DNA of 64,000 bases from Antedon mediterranea. Its lineage: Eukaryota; Animalia; Echinodermata. The stretch lies in assembly GCF_964355755.1 (NCBI RefSeq), contig NC_092671.1, positions 18,476,001-18,540,000 on the forward strand. Reading direction: 5' to 3'. Below, piece by piece: positions 1-13,500 of this stretch (the first letter of the stretch is position 1; every line of letters starts with the position of its first letter). Position numbers and translations under genes: made by a program. A model generated the notes under the pieces. That model saw only the letters and a program-made list of their open reading frames with translations. It was not told the origin of the DNA and did not search any database.

Positions 1-2203
1 ATCAGTACAGTGCAATGCCGTTGCATTCACCACATGTAGTTATAGTTACCCCTGAAGGCTTCAATGAGATTCAGGTGCTGGCTTTAAGTCTGTGTGTAGA
101 GGAACCATGTTTCCATCATCTGATCTTCCATCCCCAATCTTCGGTACACATATCAACCCCACTCCATTGCTAAAAGATAACTTGAATTTGAACTTGAATA
201 TTATGTTATGTACCTTGGTTGTGGTACGATTATGAAGTTATATATGCGAGGTTGTACTTGTAGATGGGATGGAGTCAAAGGCATTCCACGTTGTCCAGGT
301 CGTCCATTGTACAGACACACTAAATCATTTTCTCTAGCAACCACAATGTCATCCTTTGTAGCTTGTTTGCATCTGAAGACTACAGCATAATGTCAGAAAT
401 AAGTGCAATGACAAGCTTTTTTTAGAGCCACTTGTTTTCCAATTCCGAAAACTCTGTATATGTTTTGTCACCAGTATCGCATGAGCAAACAGAAGGTTAT
501 CACAGATGTCTCTCAAAAGTACTGTTTGAACCAGTTTGAGTTTGATAGTCCAGCATCTCAGTTCCAGTCTAAAGAATATCACAAGATGTTTTAAATGTTT
601 GATTGTAGAGGAGCACTAGATAGATCCGTGTCATTGGATAATGACAGCTGTTTTCCTGTTTGCTGATTCAATGGTTTTTTGTACTATCCGAAATAACATC
701 TGCATCAGCAGCTGCATTCACTCATTGCCATTTTGTTCAAATACCGGTACTAATTACGAAGATTTATAAATTGTTGTTTGTTACAGAAAGTGATCCTATT
801 TTGTGGAACATGTCACTGGTAAAATGTACAGGGATACTACCACCTGACCCGCCTTACCATGTGCGCCGTCTTTGGTGGATGAGCCGCTTTCATAATCATC
901 AGAGACTATGATGGCAGATCGCATCATAAGTCTCTACACTATTCCATGGAATGCTGTGCAGTAGAGCACTACCATCTAGAATGTAGGCCTACTGGACATC
1001 ATTCAGTGAGTTGGATGTGTTAGACTATTCATTGTTTCAACATAGCATCATGTTGGTTTATTAGCTGAAAGTATTGTAAGTTGGTTGTTTCAAAAAGTGC
1101 TGGTGGATAACAAAGTTCATGTTCAAAAACTTCCTTGTTGTCACCTCGAGTCTCCTCTGGAACTGTAGGATCAATGCACACATATTTGCCATTATGTACT
1201 TTATTGGCAGAATCTTGAATACATTGCAAGACTTTCTGGCCTAACATCCGTCCAAAATATTCAATGCTTAATACCACATTGCCAATATTCCGAGTCACCT
1301 GCAGTAACTCCCGTGTCAATGGTATGAAGTCTCTGAGTCGTAACCAAATGGATTTGTCAATTGCTATTGTGTTCCTGACGTGTGGCCAAAGTTCTCATGT
1401 TGGCCGCTGCTGGAGTAACGCCCTGGTACTATTGCGAGGCATTACATTCAACGCAGATTTGGTCTGGATGTACTCATTCCTAAATCTATTTTCAAACCTC
1501 TGGTTTTCTTTGAGGCTTCTCATAGAAACCTTTTCAATCACCAGGTCTGTTGACAATCCAGCCCAGATGGTCCGAACGTCATACAACATGGAGGTCATTG
1601 TCAAACTGCTGTTGAACATCTTTGTATTTCTACTGGTTAAAAAATCGTTAAAATACTTACACATCCCAATATAAATACTGTAACCATGGCAACACAAATG
1701 CCATCTGGAAAAAAAATGGAATGTAGATCATCCAGAAGCAACAGGAACAGGAACTCATCTGCATCTTGAGCTGGTCATGTGTATCGCTTTGGACTGAAAT
1801 GTTCACCCCACGGTATCCCTGTGTGTATACCATTGTTGTTTACAGCGAAAACAACATTTTTAGCCAATTGACACATTATGTTGTGTTTTTCCGCAAAAAT
1901 GACATGCTAAATAAAATGTTATGACTATAAGTTTGATATCACTGAATAGGAAATTTAATAAACTTTCGGATGACATAAATCACACTTGTATATAATGTAT
2001 TTAAAATGTTTAAATATATGTAATTAATGGGGCATATTAATTTTGACTTAAAATGACCTTTATTGACCTCTGACCCCTTGACCCAATGCTTGGATTTTCG
2101 GTGACTTTTAGTATGTCGTTCTACACTTTATATGGAATTCAAAAATACTTGCTTTGTTACTATTGCAATTTGTGGTGGGTATATCATTAGATTGACTGGA
2201 CTA
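1..2203 (-). mobile_element. Degenerate AcademX-type DNA transposon (left end and fragmented transposase/XPG-like/Cys-rich ORF)
   Basis: Minus-strand motifs WAGLSTDLVIE..MRSLK, HELCYPPALFE, FAHAIL(G-D), WGWK...PLHTDLKPAPE, TCGEC; terminus reads TAGTCCAG on the minus strand at 2203. Confidence 0.7.
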
Positions 2204-2807
2204 GTATCCGTTAATACAAATTAGGGGAAACCCGATATTTTTAGCTAATTTTAAGTGGTCGGGTACGATACCTGTAAAAGATAAATTGATAACATAAGAG
2301 GATTTAAAATAAAAGGAGTAATGGAGTCGTGTCCTGTGATCCTTTATTGGAATCTAGATTGTTGATCATGTTCAACACTTCATTTCAGTAACAGGGTTAT
2401 GAATAAATAGAGTTGAACGTTTTAAACCGATTTCTGAAACATAATTATTAAAGTGGTCACATATTAAGTTAGTATCATGAATGTATTCATCTCCAATTTT
2501 CAAGACTGTGGGAATTATTTACATTTTTTAGCTGGATTCAATACAGAATTTATCACACCCCAAACTTATGACCAAATTGAATTTTCTTTCTCATAATGTT
2601 GTTTTTTTTAGCAGTTCGACACAGAGAAATAAACAACTTATAACTTGTGTATGTTGTTTTATTGTGCTCTGAGTGGGTGTCATCCAGGGCTGTTTGCATT
2701 TTATATAATTAAATGTATCAATAGCAGATTTACAATCGGCATTATAAACACTTGATCAATCAGCCTGCGATAGATCGAAATTTAGTGAATTTATGTCTGC
2801 AACATAA

Positions 2808-4625
2808 TAGTAGAGAGGCAAAATACACAACGTCTTCTATAACAAGTTTTTGTTAATAGCAGGCAACAATGTTGAATGTATCTATTGTGGGTGACAACAA
2901 CGATAGGAGTGGATGCCATCTTCAGTTTCGGGTTTTAAGTTCAGTTTATGTGATCAAAGGGTCAAACAAGGTCAACACTTGGGACATCTACAGATCTATC
3001 CACAAAAACTATTTCTGAAGATCAACTGATGTTTCATATCTAGTAATTATGAGATAAACATTTTATTTTAAACATAAAAACATAGGAAATGAAATACTCA
3101 AGTGTCATTTTTTCAAAATGTTTTCACATAATTTTACACAGTTTTATAATAGACTTTCCCCAGTCTGTTGTTAATTTTTCTTTTTTATGTTGTCCATGCA
3201 GTCAGAGTTACGATGTTTGTCGGAAAAATAGTTCAATTATTATATGTATGAAACGCCATATGTGCCAAAATAATGATTTTTTTACTATAATATTATTAAT
3301 ACCTATAATGACTTAATATTGAGAATTTTTGTTAGTGCGTCTGTTTTAGAAAATATAATATGACCTAATGTTGAGAAGTTTTTGTTGTAGTCTATAATGT
3401 AATTATTGATACATTTTTGTTGTTCAATCTTTCAATGATACAAGTTTTTTGTTGAAGTTTGTGTTTCAAGAAATCTCGAAAGAGAAACTTGGTATCGAGT
3501 CTTTGTTTTCAAAAACTCTATTATCAAGGTTGGAAAGAATGATAAATGGGTTCTCCTTAACCAAATATTTTAAAGACTGAGTGGATGATCGATAGATTCA
3601 AAATAGAATAATTGGTATAACAAGAAATGATTACTGTAATTCAGTGATAGGTTTTGCATGACATGAGACTGATCACGAATCAAACAGAATACACAATAAT
3701 TGTTTCGACCTGACAGATGATAAAGAAGAGCTCACACTTAATGTAACAACTTATTGAAAGAAAACAATAGAACTTCATGAGCCACTGAGAAAGCATCGCT
3801 CTTTGCGGATTTCTATAAGGCACAACTGTTTCGATAAAGTATAGCAAAACAAAATTGACAAAAAAAATATCTGAAAGAAAATCTGCAATATAATGAATAT
3901 AGAGAGAACATAGGCATATACAACAATGATATTAGCTTGTAACAGAACGTGGATTTTCAGGATGCAAGGCCAACAAATAGAAATGATATTCTTCTATGTC
4001 AATCACAAAGAAGCTTATATAGTAACCATATATTAAGGTTCATCTAAAGAAGTTCAATGACCTTTAACACGAAAAAATTTCCCCACCCCATATTCTTCCT
4101 TACATTTTTTCTGTATACCCATACCTATACAATTTAGTTGACATGCACTTGATAGTGCATTGTAAGAAGATGTTAAACCAAAAATGGATATATTGACCTT
4201 TGACATGATTTTTGAAGGTCAAGATAAGGTCATAAGGGTCCAATTTGTGTTAAATTACTGGCATAATTGTGTGCATTTTGACACCAAGCCCAACCATATA
4301 CCATATTTTGTTGCGAAGATACAATTTTTAGCATTTTAAAAGGAGGTCAATGACCTTTAACGCACCAAAAAACATTTTCCCCCAACCCCTATCCTTCCTT
4401 ACTTTTTTTGGTATATCCGTTGAAATCAGCTTCTTTGCAATTTTTTTGCAGATGTACCATTATGGTTGTTGGTTAATATATGGTTACTAATGCGCTTATA
4501 CATGGAAGTAGATGCGTAATTATATGCAGTTTGTAACTTTAATAGCAACCATACTAAAGTATGCACGATGTCTAGTAGTGAACAACAAAGTGGCTGAAAA
4601 TCTATTGAGAATATTCTAATCAGCT
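2808..4625 (+). mobile_element. Partial Academ-type element, same family as 37585..42614
   Basis: Starts TAGTAGAGAGGC; long collinear similarity to 37585-38150, 39630-39900, 40500-40800 and 41200-41340. Confidence 0.7.
4020..4489. mobile_element. Small TIR element (Academ-type MITE) nested in the previous element
   Basis: 17-bp TIR TAGTAACCATATATTAA / TTAATATATGGTTACTA. Confidence 0.7.
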
Positions 4626-4926
4626 AAATAATTAATTTTGGCGAATCAATATTTTGAAATGTACAGTAGTTATGTATAATGTGCATTGGTAATTTCTGTC
4701 TCCATTGGTATTTTTATACAAAAAAAACGCGACTTTTTCTCATTCTCACAGATTTCCTCATTTTTATCGTTTCAAATTAATTAGTTAAATTTCAGTATAT
4801 CACCGGGCGGTTTAGTCGCCACCCACCATTCAACATGCTGTTTTTATAATTATTTCTTTTGTTCCTGTTCACACATGCAGCACTTGTCAACTCTTATGCT
4901 ATGACTTTATCCAAATTCCCTCACTT

Positions 4927-4963
4927 GCACTGATGAAGGGCTACTGTTGCCCGAAAGTTCTGA
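4927..4963 (+). ncRNA. Minimal type I hammerhead ribozyme motif in a Penelope pLTR (variant copy)
   Basis: GCA-CTGATGA-A-GGGC-loop-GCCC-GAAA-GTTC-TGA. Confidence 0.75.
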
Positions 4964-7832
4964 TAACTTTTCTGGCTGTTTTACTTTATCGTTTTGATTT
5001 AGCTTATCACTTTTTTTTGTATCTCCATTGAGATCCAGCCACTGATACCAACAGCATTGTCATTTTTTTTCTCAGTAATTTGCCTTTGGATTTATATATA
5101 TTTTCTACTGTTTGTATCAATTTTGATCTGATTTTGCTGTAATCATGGAGGTTACTTTGGATAACTTTACCAAATTACGTCGCCTTTCCCAAAAACGTGT
5201 CAGGTATCGTCACCATATAGATACTTTTCTTTTACATCGTTCGAAACATTCGACCCCTAAAGGACTTCAATTTTATGTCACATCTGGTATTCGATTTGCA
5301 GATGATAACATGGAGAACGCTGTCCTTCACAAAAATTCTTGTCAACTCAATGAGTTCCAAATTGGCAATTGCCGCAAAATCCTCACTGAGTTTGACGTTG
5401 AAATTCACTCTAGAACTAAGAAGTTGAAAAGAGAACTTCCTGCATCCGAGTTTCAAAACAAACTCAGGATTATCGCCAATGATTGCCGTAAGCAATCAAC
5501 GGTATGGCCCGAAGGGGACATCACAACTTTGGTCTACCAGCAGACTTGGTCATTTCAACACACTTGACTCTACCTTCGGATGATTTCAGGGCTTTTAGGA
5601 AACTCTGCAGAAGGTTCGTTCGGACTTATAACAAGAATCGGAGCAACACCTCTGATTCAGTTGTTGAAATTAATTGCCGAATTGCCGAAGGAGAGAAAAA
5701 ACTACTTTCCCGTGGACTTAAATTCTGCCCAAAACCAAGGCAGGTCGGCGCACAACAACTATCTATGGATATGGAGTCTTTCTCCAGAAGATTAGGATTA
5801 CGTGAACATTTTGCTGATTCAGACAGCAGCACCACGCAAAACGAAGGCAACGCTAACAAATTTAAACAAAAAAGTTCCTGGAATCCACCTAAAAAATCGT
5901 TATCCAGCTTTAGAAATATTTATTCAGGCTATTGAGGAGGATGTACAAAACTACGTCCCGAGTCCAGAAAAACGTGACAATCTCTCAAAACAAGAGAGGC
6001 AGGCCATTGCAAAATTGCGTCAGCGTAAAGATATTATCATTAAACCCGCTGATAAAGGTTCTGCCACTGTTGCCATGGACATCAAATTTTATGAAGAGGA
6101 GTCTTTAAGACAGCTAAACAATCTTCTTGATTATCGTAAACTTACAACGGATCCCACCCTGGAAATTGCGGATAAGGTGGCCAAATCTGTTTCTGTGATG
6201 ATAAAAAAACACTCCATCAATCAAGATTGGACCTCATTTGGCACAGGTCAATCCAGTTCCAGGCAGATTTTATTTCCTACACAAAGCAGGCAATCTTGGT
6301 AGACCCATTATTTCAGGCAATGGCACTGCTACAGAGAGAAAAATTGATTTACTGAGATCATATGTGACTGATCTACCTTCATACATTCAGGACTCCACGG
6401 ACTTTATCCGCAAAATTAACCAAATTCAAAATTTACTTAATAATTCTGTTCTGGCTACATTAGATGTTTCATCATTGTATACTAATATCCCTCACGAAGA
6501 AGGAGCCGACGCATGTATTTTAAATTACAAACAAATTCCAGGAAAAACGCCTACTAAAGCTCATTTACGAGAACTGGTCATGTTGATTTTAACCAACAAC
6601 AATTTTATTTTTGGAAATGACCATTACCTTCAAATTCATGGCACAGCGATGGGCACAAAAATGGCGCCATCTTTTGCAAATTTATTTATGGGACAATTTG
6701 AGGCCAATTTTCTGTCCCTCCAACCAAATAAACCACTTGTTTGGTTTAGATACATTGACGTACGACATCTTCATGATCTGGACGCATGGTGAAGATAATT
6801 GGGAATCTTTTCTTCTCAATATTAATTCAGCCCACCCAACTATCAAAATTACAGCTACCAAATCCACTAGTAGCGTTGATTTTTTGGACACTATAGTGAC
6901 CATAGAAAATGGTACACTCAAAACTGACCTATTCCGTAAACCCATGGATACAAATATGTACCTGCTCCCTAGCAGTTGTCACCCCAGACACTGTACTAAA
7001 AACATACCGTCCAGTCAACCATTACATATCAGACGTATTTGTTCTTCAGATTTAGATTTTCAGAATCGTACCGAAGCACTAACCGGACATCTCCGGAATA
7101 GAAATTACAAGAAGGAATACATCGAAACTGCTATAAAGAAAGCAAAAGATATTCATCGATGTCAAACACTGCACTGACGTACAAACCACGTCAGCCAAAA
7201 AATTCGACCAGAGTGCCTTGGTCACAACCTATCACCCTAGGTTGAGAAACATATGCCCATTCTACAGTCCACAGAACGTCTCAGGACTGTTTTTCCGGGA
7301 CCACCCATTATTGCATTTTGTAGACCTCCCAACCTTCGTGATATATTAGTCAGATCCAAATTTAAGAGTGAAATTAACTCTCATGACAGCCAAAATTTGG
7401 GCAGTCACCTTTGCGGCAAATCTTGTTCATTGGTTGATTCTACTGAAAAATTTGAGAGTAACCAAACTGGCCGAATTTTTCGGATAAGACAATCAATTAA
7501 TTGTCTAACCAAAAACGTCATTTATCTCTATTTGTGGAAAACAGTACGTCGGAGAAACAAAAAACACTCTCCGTATGAGAATGACACAACATAGATCAAA
7601 ACATTAAGGCTTGTAACCGAAAATTTTAATTTAGCTGGTCACTCGATTGAAAATTTCAGAGTTATTGCAATAGACCACAATGTCAAATGGAGCGACAAAA
7701 CTCGCAAAGACAAAGAAAACCACTGGGAATTACTACTTAAAACAACAAAACCTTTGGACTTAACATTAGGAACATACTCCCAGATCGGTAAAATTATTCC
7801 ATTGACTAACAAAATTTAAGTTTCAATATTAA

Positions 7833-8175
7833 AGATTTATTGTCCCCAAAAACATGAAAAATGAAGATTAATTAAATCAGACTTTGAATAGGTCATTTTG
7901 TAGTTTTAATAAAGGTAATCACTTGCGTAGAAAAAAAACCGAAAAAATATGTTTTCACTTATAAAATGACAAAAATAAATGGTTAAATTCAACCAAAACA
8001 CATTGGCTGGCAGCCAATTTGACCATTTTTTGCTTTAAATTACAGTTTTTTCAGGTAAATACATTTTTTTTCGATCCAATTTTTGGTCAAAGTGGATAAT
8101 TAGTATGTGCCATTGAAATGGCATATTCAACAAAAAAAAATTTAAAAAATATTTTTTCAGGGGGACAATACATCT
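7833..8175. mobile_element. TTAA-flanked MITE (Kolobok-type), inserted in the Penelope 3' region
   Basis: TTAA|AGATTTATTGTCCCC ... GGGGACAATACATCT|TTAA; related copy at ~59508-59783. Confidence 0.8.
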
Positions 8176-8389
8176 TTAACCACCATTTTAGCTTTTTTAG
8201 TTCCATTCCAAAATTGTTTATATCTCTACCAAGCTACCTTCTTTGTTTTCTACTCTTATTCAGTCTCCACCCACCATTCAACACGCTGTTTCTATTGTTA
8301 TATTTCTTGTATTCCACCCAGGCAGCACTTGCCAGCTTTATACTATGACGTTATCCAAATTCCTTCACTTGCACTGATGAAGGGCTTTA

Positions 8390-8822
8390 GCTTTAAGTCA
8401 ACTAAGACTGGGCACACTTCAACTAGAGGTAGAAAAGGGAAGATGGAAAAGAATAGAGCGCAGCAATAGGCTATGTAAAATATGTAATATAAATGAAGTT
8501 GAAGATGAATATCATTTTGTTACGGTTTGCTCTTATTTCAAGGAAATCATAAAAAATGTATACCTTCTTTATATTTTGAAAATCCAAATACTTTTAAATT
8601 CTGCCGGTTAATGTCATCACAGGATCCAATAATTATTGATAATCTATCTAAATATATTTATCATGCTTATAAGTTAAGATATATGTTTGGCTTAGAGAAC
8701 AAAATTAATTCATTCATTTATCTTGTGACCATAAATTGCTTATGTAATTATTATTTTGTTAATTACTAGGGGCCAGAGGCCTAAAGTAAATAAAGTCAGG
8801 CGATAAGCCTGAATGAATGAAT
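8390..8822 (+). mobile_element. 3' fragment of a LINE
   Basis: RLCKICNINEVEDEYHFVTVC zinc-finger motif and a short (TGAA)n tail. Confidence 0.7.
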
Positions 8823-8831
8823 ATATATATT

Positions 8832-9080
8832 AGATCCAGCCACTGACTGGGTAGATACCCACAGCATTGCTGTGGGTATCAGTGGCTGGATCTCAACGAA
8901 GATACAAAAAAAAGCGAAAGGCTAAATCAAAACGATAAAGTAAACAGCCAGAAAAGTTAGCAGAGCTTCCGGGCAACACTAGCCCTTCATCAGTGCAAGT
9001 GAGGGAATTTGGATAAAGTCATAGCATAGGCCTATGAGCTGGAAAGTGCTGCATGGGTGGACAGGAATAAAAGAAATATA
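8832..9080 (-). repeat. Inverted Penelope pLTR copy with terminal foldback and a mutated hammerhead (8960..8996)
   Basis: Reverse complement of ~4850-5060; hammerhead GAAA box reads GGAA. Confidence 0.85.
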
Positions 9081-9123
9081 TATATATATATATATACTTT
9101 ACTCTTTCTAGTTTAATGTAGCC

Positions 9124-9205
9124 ATGAAAATGAAGATTGCATTATACATGATACCGGTTACACTTGTTAGTTTTTGTCGATCAGCGCCGTTACAATATGA
9201 CATGG
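9124..9205 (+). CDS. Gene A coding exon 1: signal peptide of a type I membrane glycoprotein
   Basis: gccATG, then MKMKIALYMIPVTLVSFCRSAPLQYDM (basic N-terminus, hydrophobic core, small residues); phase-1 donor G|gtaagt at 9206; acceptor ttctag at 9111 just upstream implies an earlier UTR exon. Confidence 0.8.
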
Positions 9206-9489
9206 GTAAGTTAAAAAAAATGTATAAACGATCGTCCTCCTCTCAACTAGACTGTTTGATTGGCCAATTAAAACTATACAATCGACCAAATTATAGGTGA
9301 AGACATTTTTCTCACGATCAATTCCTTGAATTACCTGTTTTATATTATTATAAAACTTAAAATAAATACCAAATGATGGACCAACTGACTAACCACAGTC
9401 ACCGAGCAACTGAATGATGACAGACTGACGTAATATTAGACCGAAAAACTGATCGATTTTTTTTTCTTCTTTTTAAATTTGTTGTACAG

Positions 9490-9861
9490 ATTGTGAAGGA
9501 GAAGAAATCAAAGACCTCAATTTGGTATCATTGATCAACTTCACAAAGATAACACTTACTTTTATGAATTTGCCATCGTGGTGTTATTTTACAGTTAATG
9601 AATACATCTCCAAAGAAGATATGAATGATAATATTTTCATAACAGTTGGACAAAATATAACTGTTTCACATGGCAATACTAACACAGCGTCAATGCCCTT
9701 GAACCTAGTTACGCCGTTGACGTTGACGTTTGCAATTAGCAACACGTCACTGGATATTACAGACAGCAATTCAACAATTATCTTATCGTATGACATCGTT
9801 CCCAATATCATGAGCAGGTACTTCATATATGATGTCAACGACACACATCAGTGTACAATAG
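9490..9861 (+). CDS. Gene A exon 2: ~124-aa beta-rich extracellular domain (DCEG...QCTI)
   Basis: Polypyrimidine tract and tacag acceptor; 372 nt, open, phase 1-1; donor G|gtagga; Cys at both ends; several N-x-S/T sequons. Confidence 0.85.
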
Positions 9862-10064
9862 GTAGGAAAAAGAAAATATTAAACTTGCTCCAAGTCCCCT
9901 AGTTATTGTCTTCTTTTATGTTGTTAATGATTTATACGTTTCACACCATTTGTGCCAAAATGTTTATCTGTTTTTACAAAATACAAACCCAATTACGACT
10001 AAAACCTAAAATAAAACGCTTGTCCTTATTCGTGAAACTTTAAATAATCGTTCCCGATCAGTTC

Positions 10065-10376
10065 TTATTTTATTTTATTTTATTTTATTCAATCGAAACC
10101 AACAGCGATAATTACCGCCACTAACAGGTTTGATACAAACAAAGCCATGACTGTTTAAAGCACCTTGATTGGTCCTAATATTGATCAAGGGCTTCTCTCG
10201 TCCAGTGCCCACCTTGATCAGCAGTGCTGATTTCAAATGCCTAATGGGACCCCAGCTCCGTATACAGCACCCGCTATTCCCAGATGGTCTCCCATCCAAG
10301 CTCTAACCAGGCCCAACGTTGCTTAACTTCGGTGATCTGACGAGAACCGGTGTTTACACGTGGTAAAGCCGTATAC
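10065..10376 (-). mobile_element. 5S rRNA-derived SINE (SINE3-type)
   Basis: 10376..10260 (minus) is a diverged full-length 5S sequence (CACCGGTTCTCGTCAGATCACCGAAGTTAAGCA..GGCCTGGTTAG..CTTGGATGGGAGACC..CTGGGAATA), followed by a ~170-nt body and an (AATAA)n tail. Confidence 0.85.
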
Positions 10377-10592
10377 TTATACTTATTTAAACGATCAAAT
10401 TGATGGGTAGGTTTTAATTAGTAGGAAGAATTGTCACTTTCCATGCACGAATAGTAATTTGATAACGCGTTTTTATGTCCATTATTATGGTACATGTGCT
10501 TATGGTTATAATATTAGTATGTGGTGAAGTTTATAGTTCATATAATTCACGCTGCTTTTGGGACCAATTTTCTGACGTGCGTTAAGTAATTT

Positions 10593-13500
10593 TAGTCCAG
10601 TAAAAGTATGGTTGAACCTAGAACAAATTGCAACAGAATGTTTTTGTTTTAGCTGGTTGATATGATCCAAATGAACATCCTATCCAAAGTTGACCAAAAT
10701 CAGACATCAGGAAGTGGCTTAATTAGCATCAATTCAAAATGGCCATTTCCAATTTTAAAGCCCCATATCTCCTTAACGGTTGAATTTAGACCCCCTAAGT
10801 GCATTACGAGTAGATATAAATGCGATATTAAACATTCTAATTAGCATGTTTAAATTCCCATATCACGTACCAATGACGTCATATGGTAGTTAAGACGTCA
10901 TAAATATATTATGTTATAACTGCTTAATGACATTATACTACGGCAACAATTTAAAAAAAAACTGCATTTTGAAGCTCCGTATTTCCTTAACGGTTGGTTT
11001 TAACCACCTAAGTACATTGCGGGTAGATATAAATGTGACATTAAACTTCCCAACTAGCACATTTAAATTATCATATGACGTAACTATAACGTCATAAGGT
11101 AGTTGTGACGTCATATATTATAACTGCATTTTCCTGTTAAAATGAACATGATATCCAAAGTTTACGTATATCGGACTTCAAGAAAGGAATTAATTAGCAT
11201 AAATTCAAAATGGCCGCTATTTACTATACCATTTTAAAGCCCCGTATCTCCTTAACAGTTGGTTTTAGACAACTTATGTGCATTACGAGTAGAAATAGAA
11301 TGTAATAATAAAAAAAATGTCACAATACTCATGCTCAAATGACATATCATATAGGGAAAATGTAATTTAATTTACAAAATCTCATGAAAATAGTAATTCT
11401 ACAGAACAGTTATGAAAGGTTATGATCATCAACTGTGTTTCCGCAACTGATTTGTACTCACGCGGAAATTGCATCTATTTGGTGTCGATCATTTATGAAT
11501 CAATAACTTTTTATGACATCAATTGTTTATCTTTTGAAAGCTGTTTCCAAGATTCAGTAATATGCCAACAATGATCAAGAGGCAAAGATACTGCTTAACA
11601 CCTCAACGGAATTCAAAAGGGGTAATTTTCCAATTGGCCACTACTAATTACAAGATATAATTTTTCGACAACAAGCAGTATTCAACATCCTTGACAGAAA
11701 ATGTCAGGAAAATGAAATAGAAATTTTGAATGCAGATGCCGATCATTTAAAAAGTGATTGCGTTTAAGACAGAATAAGCAAAACATTGTAAAATAATCGG
11801 TAGTTAAAGAAAACACCCTAAGAAGCAAATTTGCAACATCTTTGTAACAGTCTGCACTTGCAAAGAAACAGAGGGATGAATTATATTCGAAGCAAGAACT
11901 GTTCAGTCCAAAATTAACAAGACATCAGAAAAGAAATAGACTTGCTGTGCCTACATGTATGGTGGAAGTATTTTGACGGCGCCAACTATTACATTTTCTA
12001 TGTATATATGTACTTTGGATGGGAAACTGTAATTCAACTCCATATAAAGACTTAAGAATCTCTTTTCTTTAAAGATTGCAGTTATAAAAAGATGCAGAGT
12101 GTGGCAGAAAATTAACTTCTGATACCCATGATATTAACCTGGATCTGTTAAATGTTCTACTATTTTCATGAGATTTCTTCTATATTTTTCCTTTAGAATA
12201 ATGCCAATTGAGAATTATAGTGACATAATAGTACGTCATAATTATCTTATGACATCATAGGTACGTTATATGGTAATTTAAATATTGTAATTGGAAAGTT
12301 TAATATCACATTTATATCTACTCGCAATTCACTAAGATGGTCTAAAACCAACCATTAAGGAGATACGGAGCTTCAAAATGGTATAGTAAATAGCGGCCAA
12401 TTTGAATTTATGGTAATTAACCCACTTCCTGACGTCTGATTTTGGTAAACTTTGGAAATTATGTTCATTTCAACAAGGAGAATGTTAAGAACCTTGTTTT
12501 CCTGCAGTTCCTAAATTTTTCGCATAGTATAATATCATTTAAGCAGTTATAACATAATATATGACGTCACAACTGCAATATGACGTTAAATATGCTAATT
12601 AGAATATTTAATATCACATTTATATCTACTGGTAATGCACTTAGGTGGTCTAAATTCAACCGTTAACGAGATATGGGGCTTCAAAATAGCAAATGGCGGC
12701 CATTTTGAATTTATGCTAATTAACCCACTTCCCGATGTCCGACTTTGGTAAACTTTGGATATGATGTTCATTTAAACCATATTATTTTCCAGAAAAAACA
12801 ATTCTGTTGCAATTTGTTCTAGCTTCACCCTATTTTTGACTTATCTTTAAGCCTGTTTTCCTGTCGACGTTAGTCGACGCTATCATCGTTAATCGTTAAA
12901 AGTTCAACGACGATCGTTTGAAAACGTTCAAGTTGAAATGTTAACGATAGCGCGAACATTTGATTTCTAGCGTTGAACGTTAGAGTTTAGACTTGCCCCA
13001 AGTCTGTATTATCTTTTTTTTTTATTTATTTGTTTTTATTTCGACCGCGATTTTTGTCTGAAAATACAGACTTGTGAAACACGTATAGAAATCGATTTGC
13101 AGACCGCAAACGTCCGATAAGAATGACGTAGTTTATCATACCGTATTTGGCTATATGGGGCGGGCGGTATGTAAATATGGATTTCGAATCAACCAATGAT
13201 CATTTTGTTTCAAAATGAAAAAGATCGAGTACGTACAGTGCTGAATGTACGATCGAGACTGTTGAAATATAAAATCGTAATGCCAAGTTGTTTTGTTTAT
13301 TAATTGTTTAGTCCTTGGCCTAGGCCTCTTTCGTAGGTCCTACTCAATTCGCACGTATGACCTGCCAAATAAAACGCCAATAAAGTAGGCCTACATACCA
13401 CCACCGGCGGCACACAACAACAGGGCTACACCACCACACAGAACAGGACAGGGTCTGGGTGGGAATTAAATCAAAATTATCTCCGCGTAATAAATGATCC

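Larger units (their letters stand above)
4815..8388 (+). mobile_element. Penelope-like retroelement (RT plus C-terminal GIY-YIG), frameshifted, with direct pseudo-LTRs
   Basis: [53 protein letters not shown]...QYVGET motifs; pLTR sequence repeated at ~4820-4940 and ~8265-8385. Confidence 0.93.

Noticed and set aside
5145-7594. Naiad-type or selenoprotein Penelope
   Set aside because: GIY-YIG is C-terminal, and the disruptions are ordinary frameshifts that differ between the two copies
10260-10376. Functional 5S rRNA gene
   Set aside because: Solitary, diverged, lacks a T-run terminator and continues into a SINE-like body and tail
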